Source: Paraphysomonas bandaiensis (lineage: Eukaryota; Protista; Chrysophyceae). Taken from it: DNA of 12,872 bases. A model generated the notes under the pieces. That model saw only the letters and a list, made by a program, of their open reading frames with translations, was not told where the DNA came from and made no database searches. Below are positions 1 through 9,058 of this stretch, one piece after another; positions within the stretch are counted from its first letter, which is position 1; every line of letters begins with the position of its first letter. Made by a program: the position numbers and the translations under genes. The stretch covers positions 1 to 12,872 of the forward strand of contig CBFFRP010000502.1 in assembly GCA_965644295.1 (NCBI GenBank), given 5' to 3'.

Positions 1-458
1 TATGCACAATACATATCGTATCAAATACAGGAACTCAACACACCCACTCAACTGGATAGAGTTAACTTCCACTCGATAAAGAAAATATTACTGTCGGATA
101 CACAACACCGAACCCCATGGGACACAGGTGGGCATATGACTACCGCTGGTACATCTAGCTCCCACCATACATGTTCGCCAAATTGGTTACGACGATCTCA
201 CTTAACCTTGACATTTCTACAAAACATGTTCTGTTGTCTAAGATTGTGAAATCATACAGCAGAATTCAACAGTGAGTAAGAACAAAGATTGTGACTTGTT
301 CGCGATGTTTGTGTAATAATTGCTCATCTCTTACCATTTTCTATTACAAGGTATAACTCATTCTAAAATTGACACAAACACATACCCAAATGAAATTGAC
401 GGCAAAAAATTCATGACTGAGGTGTACATGAAATACAATTTTAAAGCTAAACACCTGT

Positions 459-1902
459 CTACACATGATCTTTAGAAGACGACGGTTTGCACCACGACCG
501 AATCTTCGCCATAATATATAGTGACACAGGATTATTGCAAAGCACATGAATGGTACAAGTCCACCAAGATCTTTGGTAGGTACTTGTTCTGCAACTGAAA
601 CCTTCATGCACCAGTGCAGAATCACGATATCGCCCGATATCATACGACAAGCCATCATCTGTGTTCCAGTTATCTGTAACGGTTTCTATTTGTGACAGCA
701 GTAAGAGAATATAAAAACAATAGCGGGAGTTAAATTCCACTCCACAGAAGCAAAGAGAGCACAGTGCAAGAACAAGAAACACGAGTAGAACTATAAGAAC
801 CGCCAGTACACACATAATCCCTATGGTAGAGGCATCTGGTATAGTCTTTTTGTCTGATGGTACAACGGGTGCATCACGAACTGTACCGCCATCCATTGAG
901 CCGTAAATTCCGCTGCGTATATCATTTCCCACCCGGTGAACAATATACTTGACGAACCACCACATTGACCGGCACTGCGTATGCAGCGAAGTTAGATCAA
1001 CGTTGGGATGTATCACGCACTGTGCACGAGAGCCAAAGGATCTCCACCACGTGTACAACCCGGTGCGAACATTTACAAACCCGACAAGAATGTACCGTTT
1101 TCCAGATGTTATCGGGTGACCGGCATGGTATATACCGCTCTCATGGGAGAGCATACCTCCTGCAGGAATACCCACAACTCTCCCAGACCAAACAAACCGA
1201 GTCCCACCACCATCGAAATCGCGCCCTCTCTACAAGCAGCACATAAATACCTTATTTCCAAAATATACTCCAGTATGACAAATAGAACTAAGACAACGTC
1301 AGTCTTACCTGAGAGAGAGCGATATTGAAACTCAACTGCGATGAATCTTTATGTTCGGGTAGACTATTCTGACCCTCAGCATCATATTTTACAACAAATA
1401 AATCTTTCATATATAAACTTGATTCAGGAACATCAAAATGTTGCCCCAGAATTCGAAATATATTCTCTTCAACGACTTCGTTTATCCAACCCTTAAAGTT
1501 ATAAATAGTCCCTTCTAAAGTAATGTTACGATCTATGTTATATGCCGACATATCCGTGGTGGGGTATGATTTGTGTCGTGAGGTTTCCCATCCTCCATTA
1601 TCATGTGCGGTTGCCTCGGCAGCAGATATTACCGCTGCACACTGCTCCTCAGTCAGAACCCTTTCATCAACGAATACTTTAGCAGTTCTATTGTGCGCTA
1701 TCGACGACATGCAGATCATATAGTGCACCAGCCCCACTGTGATATAAAATACAGCTAACAGGCTCTTGTCGATACATCCCATTCGCTTCAAATGTTTTCT
1801 GAATCTGATAACTGCAACAGCAGCGAGTGAGTGCATAACAATGAAAGAGAAGACACTCCCACACAGACCCTCCGACATGCAGAGGGGCATACTATCCGTC
1901 AT
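459..1902 (-). CDS. 2OG-Fe(II) dioxygenase, procollagen-lysine/prolyl-hydroxylase-like, membrane-associated; exons 1902-1309 and 1229-459 (about 454 aa; 5' end may extend upstream)
   Basis: A phase-0 intron 1308-1230 (CAG|GTAAGA...TTGTAG|AGA) joins two ORFs into ...FVVKYDAEGQNSLPEHKDSSQLSFNIALSQ-RGRDFDGGGTRF...YHAGHPITSGKRYILVGFV. This gives the HxD and distal His iron triad, a DFxGGGTxF motif and the 2OG-binding Arg; RHKSYPTTD lies upstream. Hydrophobic segments occur near the N-terminus and at IGIMCVLAVLIVLLVFLVLAL. An acceptor-like TTATAG at 1911 and a donor CAAG|GTAACT at 1998 suggest a further upstream exon. Confidence 0.85.
1230..1308 (-). other. Spliceosomal intron (79 nt) in the oxygenase gene
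   Basis: GTAAGA...TTGTAG; removal keeps the frame and restores a contiguous catalytic domain. Confidence 0.85.
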
Positions 1903-3606
1903 ATCGGGTCCTATAAGTGCGCTGTTAGTGAAAGTCAGCAGGACACTGCATAAGAATTATCATGGAATCTTATCATTTGCTGGACACAGCGCAGTTACCT
2001 TGAAAACAGGAGCAGGCAGTTTGTGGCCTCTCTGCTACACTCCTGTACGTAAGCTGCTTGGTGTAGATGCACAGAAAACTGAGGTTTATTAGAGGGAATA
2101 CTGCTGATCAGACAAAAAAAATCAGGATTTCTAGTCTTGTTTTGACTATACCAAGCATATAGCAGTATGCCACACTTCATCCGTACTCCAAACCCCAAAC
2201 CTACAAGCAAATCGGTCGGTCGTGTTTAAACCTAAACACGTACAGCGTACAGCCATATCTCTGTGACTATCCAGCCATATTACCAATCAATCATATCATC
2301 ACTCAACATAGACAACGCCTTGTCCCTCTCATGCACGAATATACGCCCACTTTCAACTAATACGGTGAGGTAGTGAGGTTGGTGTCAGCTGTGCTTCGTA
2401 TAGCCTTCGCATCCACTTCAAATCACTGAGAATGGGGAGAAACTGAGGCATTGGGTCTCTGTGGTATGGTGTGGTGTGTGCTTTCTTTTAAAGGATCGCG
2501 AACGTTGCTGGTAATATAATGCTGTGTATTATGTGATTTGTGAACTCATCATAGCGGATTGATTCATTATTCAATGGAGTGCTTCTGGTTTGAGCATCTA
2601 CATCGAAGATGATTTACTCTCCCCCAATGTAGTTTATAATTGTTTGTTTCGCTGTATGCTCTCTCGTAGAATGAAGTATCATACCACTTTTATCCCGTGG
2701 GTACTTGGCCACTTGACCCCTGTTTTATCGGTACCCTCAGTGATATCATGTCACGCACAGTAGGGTCACAAAGCAACGTGTATATATGTTATTCCGACCA
2801 TATATGGCTGTGTAGTGAATTGTGTATACACATAGATTAAATCTATATACTCACGCTGTTTTACCCACTTAGAGCAGAAGTAAGGATGTCCTAATTTTAA
2901 ACGTAGTAACCGTATTGGATTTGGCAAGCTGCTGACTGTAAATATCTCGGCATGGTGTGTAAACTAGCTCTTTTTGTAATTTACACGAATTGATTACTAA
3001 AACACAATATACCCTTTCTGAATTACTACTGAATGTATTGAGGTATATAGCGCAAAAGTAATATGACATTAAACGTAGCCATAACGCCATAACTCTACAT
3101 ATCAAAAAGATGTCATTAGCTACCTCGTAATTATTAGATTTTAGTACAAAATAACACCATTCAATTGTTTCATCCTTTTTTTACACCTGTTTTGCCCTCG
3201 TTTCAGCTATAAATACACTTAAATTAATCCTGCAGTACTTCTGTACTCTGTACTAAACCTCTACTGTTATTAACAGTGTTATTATTACTATTTACTATCA
3301 GCTACTATGATATTAGTAATCTATAATCTAGTGTTAAATTATGATAAACTTTTTATTTAGTTGACATATGAAGACCTAGTGGTGATATACAGTATACAGA
3401 ATGTCGTATTATCAACAGTGGGCTTGAACCAGGGAGAATCTAAATTAAAGTAAATCTAATAAACACTATTGCTATTATTCTACTGTGTAGCGCTCCCATA
3501 ACTATATGTGCATCACCGTTCTCGCTATGAGGAAGCGCAGTGAGCAAGCAAAATGTTGATATATACCTGGAATCCTCTGAATTCATGAGTCCTTAAGGTG
3601 AAGTCA

Positions 3607-3811
3607 TATTCCTCAGAACACCAATCGAAAATGTGCGAGTCCGACCTAGAGGTGAGTGCACACAGCAATGAAGAGCGCTATAACAGATGATAGACATGTT
3701 GTTGATCGTACAGAACACGGAAAGGCAAATTGTCATGTAGATTCAGGCTGTGAGGCAAAGTAACCTTCAACAAAGTCGGACTCGCACGTTATCGTGCTGT
3801 TCTGGGGAATA
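3607..3811. repeat. Long imperfect inverted repeat / rod-like foldback
   Basis: TATTCCTCAGAACA (3607-3620) pairs with TGTTCTGGGGAATA (3798-3811) with one G-U. GTGCGAGTCCGAC (3633-3645) is the exact reverse complement of GTCGGACTCGCAC (3775-3787). CACAGC (3661-3666) pairs with GCTGTG (3747-3752). Confidence 0.8.
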
Positions 3812-4153
3812 AGTGCCGGAGATATTTCTCCGGGAAACTAACTTGAGCTGCATATATAGTCAACAGTTAATTGTCTGCCTCTAATAGCCAAATGCTTGTG
3901 TGTGGTACATGGGACACTAATAAGTGTCACTTGTGTAGTCGTCTTTAGTTCTTGACGAATAAACAGGCATCCGGAAATCGGCCTACCCCAAGGGCATCGC
4001 TCCGGGGTACTGGGCTGCATATATCATTAGTTGGTAACTACAACTACTCTAAGGTTCAGCATTTATGTAATTATGGAACACTTTTCGTCAGTTCAACATT
4101 TCTCATGGCACAAAAACATTTTTTTGAAATAAAATGCTTCCCTTACTAATTAA

Positions 4154-4423
4154 GGGCCGCATAATAATTTGATATAGATTACTAACAATTTTTAGTGCGT
4201 TTGTCGTTTCTTTCTCTTTTCAAGTGTATATTAATGTCGCGAGTTATTGTGAAATGCCGTGATTTCGTAATACGACATATAACTTCATACAACACGATAC
4301 GATGTAGAAATACAAAACTGAGTCTTTGGTTTGTATGTTTGTATAATACGGCAAACGATATGTTGCGCCACTTACACCCAAAATTTGCAGGATGATGTCG
4401 TTGCGTTTTGTATAACACGGCCC
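4154..4423. mobile_element. Candidate non-autonomous MITE, PIF/Harbinger (Tourist)-like
   Basis: 270 bp, AT-rich, no credible CDS. Ends GGGCCGCATAATA / TATAACACGGCCC match at 10 of 13 positions as inverted repeats, with the outer 6 perfect. Flanks are TAA and TAG. TTTGTATAAYACGGC occurs at 4338-4352 and 4407-4421. Confidence 0.4.
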
Positions 4424-4512
4424 TAGGCATAGTTTTCGATGAATCTCTTTATAAGCGCAAAAATATTAACACAGCAACATAGCAGTTGCGTATCACTGAC
4501 AACAAAACAGCA

Positions 4513-5462
4513 TCAACAGTTCTTACTTTTGGACGAGCTGTTGACACAACAGTAGCAGCAACAGCTAATCAATATGCCAACTACTAGTACTGACGAAGCA
4601 ATAAATACCAATATTTGGACTGGACGGAGACCCAAAAATATGGGGTAGTATTTCAACTGGGGTGGTCCGCTGCGACCTATTCTATGAAACCCATTTCCGG
4701 CAAAGTCATGGAGAAGGGTATAGCGACACGACCTATCCTGCTCGTTTTCTACAAAGGGTAGCAAATGGAAGTCGTCTGTGATGATTCGTCGGCGGAGAGT
4801 CCAGCCGAATGGATACATATATGGGTCTATTGCTGTATTTGCACTTCCACCCACAGTAGCATGCATAATATATTCATCTCCTGTAGGAGATACTAATATA
4901 TCGACAGTGCTATTCGCCAGCCATACCCTGTGTATAAAATAATGTACTTACACGTATAGTTAGTGTCTTACATATGGTGACATTTATCAATTTCAGCAAA
5001 TTTGAGGCTTCCTTTCTTGGGGAGAAATAGCACACATGGTTCAGGAAAACAGCCTCCCAGTGCAGAAGGAGCTAAACAAAAATTAGCCATATAGATCCAA
5101 GACACACGCTCGTTCCATGGTTCAGAAGCTGAGATATGATGTGAGTGTACACTATCGAAGTACGGGCTACCAAAGAGGCACGATTTTGCAAAGGTAATAT
5201 ACCGCACTCCGAGAGGATTCTTAAGCCATAAATTACTTGGAGTCCATTCCACAAACTGACTTGCATGTATGTTATTGTTGGTCATGTGTGCAAGGTAGAC
5301 AGTGCAGTTGAACACATTCAGAATTTCAAATGCCTCAGTTCGTCTGTCATGCTCCCGCAGTACGCATTCACCGTAACCAGATGCTTTGCAGAACAACAAT
5401 AGAAAAGCAATGCACGTAGTATAAAACACTTGGCTACTCCGCTTGCAGGGCATGAGGGACAT
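4513..5462 (-). CDS. Uncharacterised type I membrane protein (301 aa); exons 5462-4972 and 4927-4513
   Basis: A 44-nt phase-2 intron 4971-4928 (AT|GTAAGA...ACACAG|G) joins the 164-aa and 117-aa ORFs in frame via KCHHM-VWLANSTVDILVSPTGDEYIMH. Signal-peptide-like CIAFLLLFCKASG, C-terminal TM segment ILVFIASSVLVVGILI, then SCCCYCC and terminal KSKNC. Confidence 0.7.
4928..4971 (-). other. Short spliceosomal intron (44 nt)
   Basis: GTAAGA...TACACAG; this acceptor preserves the frame, whereas the alternative CCTACAG at 4881 does not. Confidence 0.65.
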
Positions 5463-5811
5463 GACGTGACTTACATATACATATATATATATATCATACA
5501 GTGGGAATAATCCTACCTATAGCTACCTGCATATCTTCATATCATTATCCTCACATAAATCCAACACTAGAATACGGCGTAATATACACACACGTATACC
5601 GGTATACCACAGAACAAAAAAGTTACAGAAAATTCTGAATTCCTACTGTGGTATACCCCCAATACACAGCAGCATATACAGAGTACAGGCAGTATATATA
5701 TTCCTAGTTAACTCAGCAGTCTACATAGCAGGCAGCTAATATATATGTATATAAGGAGGTTACACTCGCATGAGAACTGCACAGTCGTAACATAAGGCCG
5801 CATAACGCACA
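5463..5811. promoter_or_regulatory. Putative divergent promoter region (349 bp)
   Basis: Head-to-head start codons at 5462 (-) and 5812 (+), with several TATATA-rich tracts. Called from position only. Confidence 0.45.
5481..5494. repeat. (AT)7 microsatellite
   Basis: ATATATATATATAT read directly. Confidence 0.85.
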
Positions 5812-8800
5812 ATGGGCCAGACCGAGAGCAACCCTATCCGTAACCTGGATAAGCGCACGGCTCGAAGAGAGTATCGAGAAGACTTTGAGTCATCCATAAC
5901 TAACTTCCGCATAGACATAAACAACCACCCCCCCATACCCCCTCACAGCGACAAGAGACCCTCTCGGATTCATTGGAAAGACGGGTCGTTTCGAGTGTGT
6001 GTGCGCAAGCGGCCGATATTTCGAGATGAGATCGACAACTATGAGTTTGATATAGTGACATGCGTCGGCGAAGACACTGTCGTGGTTCATGATGCGAGGA
6101 TGCACACTGATATGAAGAAACAGTACATTAATCACCACGAGTTTCGATTTGATCATGTGTTTAATGAGAATGCGGACAATCATGAGGTGTATATGAACAC
6201 GGCTGCCATGCTGGTACCAGTTGCCGTGAATGGAGGGAAGGCCACCTGCCTTATGTATGGCCAGACGGGAAGTGGCAAGACACACACCATGTCTTCTATA
6301 TATGAACGCGCAGCCTGGGACCTTTTTGATCACTTGCCAGGCGACTCTTCCGTGTCTGTCTCATTTGTAGAGCTGTCTGGAGAGAAGTGTTCAGATCTGT
6401 TCAATCATTTTTCTCCAGCAGAAGTAATGCGGGGGGCTAGTGAAGACTCGTTTGAGGCCTATCCAGTGTGTGAGCCCACACTTTCATGTCCGGAGGAACT
6501 AATTGAGTTGATTCGATACGGATGTAATGTACGAAGCACAGCAGCCACAGGGGTTCATGATTCTTCTTCTCGAAGTCACGCCGTGCTGAAAATATATGTA
6601 CGCAGCCACAGGAGAAGACTTGAAGGATGCTTAACCCTTGTAGACCTTGCAGGTATGCTCTTACTTTCTATCAATATTCGTTGTCTATATATGGGGTCGA
6701 GTAACATGTAGAACAACAATGAACTTATTGTTGCAGTGTGTATATCTACTATGTTCTAATATACAATGCAGGTACTGAGCATCGCATTGACTCAATGCAT
6801 CACTCTGCTGCTCGGCGCAAGGAAGGTGCGCTGATTAACTCTTCTCTGTTGGCACTTAAGGATTGTATTCGGTCTCATGCATTTGGACAGGACATGGATC
6901 ATCACTATCGGAAGGTAAAAATATCGTATGCTTGTATATCTTGGAATTGACGTGCTTTACAAGCAGTATATTTTTCGTTATGGTATACGCTTAATGTTTG
7001 CATGGAGTCTGTATCGAGTACTCTGTGTTCAGCTTAGATTACTATATCGTGTTAATGCGTCTTATGTAATTCCATGTGCAGAGTAAACTCACAATGATGC
7101 TTAAAGAGAGTTTAGTGGATGCTACTGCTCGCACCGTAGTCATTGTAACTGTATCCCCAGCTAGCAAGGACACTGAACATTCTCTGAACTCTCTCCGACA
7201 TGCTTGTATGATGGACGGACAAGATGTCACTTCTGGAGGCAAGGAGAAACGGTGAGAAGTGTGAAGTAGTTATTACTTTATTACAATATTTTCTATCGAC
7301 GTATAATGCCAGCACAGTGGGTAATATTTCTCGTTGTAGTTTTATTACTGGTGGGATAGTGACTCGTGAGGATGTTGGTGAAGTTGATATCACAGCTATT
7401 GCCCGCCGCAATCGGAATATTCAACGGTCAGGACAAAAACTGCCGGGTCCAAAGACATCCAACGGCAATCGGCCCGGGTACAGTAACCAAGGCAGCTCCG
7501 GTTATGCTTTTGGCTCTCCTGTAAATTCGCAGTTGCATGTGAATGAGGAAACCGACAAATCAAGGGGACTAGCAGAAAGAAAAGCCGCTGCTAAACTCTC
7601 CCAAGATGCCGCTGCACTACTACGGAGAGGTCGAAGTGAAATCGGAAACAACCAAGTACAACTGGATAGACTCGGTCGCGTCCCAGTGAAACGTATTGAA
7701 AAGGCTGTGAATGCCGCAAAAGTGAATCCAGTTGGTGTTCCTCACCAGGCAGTGAGACCACGAAAATTAAGTGACGGAGGGGTCACTGTGACGAAGAGTG
7801 TCCCTTCTCGAGTTCAAAGTCCTTCTGTAGTCCAAGGTTCCGTAAAATCGAAACATCGTGAATCTAGAGCAACCCAAGTATCTAGTGAGATTGCGTCCAG
7901 CTCCTCACAAAATAATTACATTGCTGAAGACAACGATTTAGGTATGCAACTATGATGACTCTTGGGGTATTTCATATGCAATGTATTCCTCTTGAATATT
8001 CATATTGATTGAATAGTTATATATAGTATAATATATCTTACAGAACGTTCCCTTGTTGATCAATATCTTCGGCGGCGAGCAAAGAAGGACGGCATTGCAA
8101 ATCCTGTTACAGACACACCCGCTGAGTCAATAGGTTCTTCGATGACTAGGGCCTCGGAGTGTGTGGCGAAAGTGAGACTTAACCGAGCCGCATCTTTGAG
8201 GAAGCAACATGCAGAGGCTCGATCCAGGCGGCAAACTGCGGACCATGCTCGGGAAACGAGTCCACTTACAGGAATACATCCCCAGCCGTGGTCCACTGCT
8301 CAACCGCACACAGAATCTGACGATGACACCCTTTCAAAGGGGAGTGACATAGCTGAGGGTGACGGCAGGTTCGGGGTGGGTGGATGTTCACCAGAATTTG
8401 ATAATCTTCCTCAACGACGTCAACCGAGTGTAATGACTCCCCACAATAAGAGGAATGATAGAGAAGAACCAGACTGTTTGAATGAATCTCGGTGTATTTT
8501 GTCGGATGACGATACATTGTCCACTGGCAGTGATATTGTTGCCTGCCGTTATCCAAGTGACCGTAAGTCTAGTAAATCAGTGTCAATACCGAAAACCAAG
8601 CCTGGAAAACCTGAAACAAAAGCTAGAAGAAACTCGAAATCAGTCTCAAGACAACAACCACGCTTTGACAAACAGCAGTGGGACAACTCGCCATACTTGC
8701 CACCAGACGATATTCCCTCATCAAAAGACCGGATAAGACCTGACATGAGATACCAGCATGGAAAACCATTCGATTATCCCACTAAATCTGAGGGGGCGGC

Positions 8801-8990
8801 TGCCAATGGGCTCTTTTTTGTTGATATCTCTGGTCATACACCAGTGCCTGAAGGGGGGAGAGATAGACGGAGAAAACCCAGTCATAAAAGTAGTAGTGAG
8901 TCATGTGTATCACAATCGCCACCGTCACACCCTGTGTGGTCACGCGAGTTAGCTTACCAGAGATATGGTAACTCGCCATTGTGGTCCTGA
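5812..8990 (+). CDS. Kinesin-13-like motor protein, 900 aa; exons 5812-6652, 6772-6914, 7082-7251, 7340-7941, 8044-8990
   Basis: Motifs: RVCVRKRP, HEFRFDHVF, P-loop GQTGSGKT, switch I SSRSH, switch II DLAG/TEH (across intron 1), INSSLLALKDCIR, YRK/SKLT (across intron 2) and TVSP...EHSLNSLRHA. Four GT-AG introns of phases 1, 0, 2, 1 all keep the frame; the exons sum to 2703 nt. The C-terminal tail is long, S/R/K/P-rich and probably disordered. Confidence 0.92.
6653..6771 (+). other. Kinesin intron 1 (119 nt)
   Basis: AG|GTATGC...CTAAT...TGCAG|; restores DLAGTE. Confidence 0.9.
6915..7081 (+). other. Kinesin intron 2 (167 nt)
   Basis: AAG|GTAAAA...GTGCAG|; restores YRKSKLT. Confidence 0.9.
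7252..7339 (+). other. Kinesin intron 3 (88 nt)
   Basis: CG|GTGAGA...TTGTAG|T; bypasses TGA at 7253 and enters the 7224-7955 ORF frame. Confidence 0.75.
7942..8043 (+). other. Kinesin intron 4 (102 nt)
   Basis: AG|GTATGC...TTACAG|; AT-rich, enters the 8142-8990 ORF frame. Confidence 0.8.
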
Positions 8991-9012
8991 TTTACACCAC
9001 TAATATGTTCAT

Positions 9013-9018
9013 ATTAAA
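9013..9018 (+). promoter_or_regulatory. Possible polyadenylation signal ATTAAA
   Basis: Lies 22 nt after the kinesin stop and is followed by T/GT-rich sequence; the hexamer is common in AT-rich DNA. Confidence 0.25.
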
Positions 9019-9058
9019 TGTGTATATAATCTTATATCTCAGTTTTATTGCTGTTCGA

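Noticed and set aside
1-249. Stop-free + frame 1 from the window edge (82 codons)
   Set aside because: No recognisable motif; it could be the last exon of an upstream gene but cannot be supported from this window.
3559-3800. U1, U3, SRP or RNase P identity for the foldback
   Set aside because: Only fragments match (ATACCTGG, TAGAGGTGA, ACAAAGTCGGACT). I found no U1 ACTTACCTG, no terminal box D CTGA and no SRP helix-8 motif.
3607-3833. Telomerase RNA (closing stem plus terminal hairpin near a telomere)
   Set aside because: No CTAACCCT-type template on either strand; the closest is TAACCTT.
3800-3841. Hammerhead ribozyme or Helitron 3' end at the CCGGAGA hairpin
   Set aside because: GAAAC follows the stem but no CTGANGA precedes it, and the CTAA is too close to the hairpin and is not followed by T.
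2869-4430. Short ORFs of 60-82 aa in the intergenic region
   Set aside because: No motifs, several with non-ATG starts, AT-rich, and no consistent splice chain found.
5890-8979. Antisense and alternate-frame ORFs overlapping the kinesin (likewise those over the oxygenase)
   Set aside because: Shadow ORFs of genuine coding exons, with no independent evidence.
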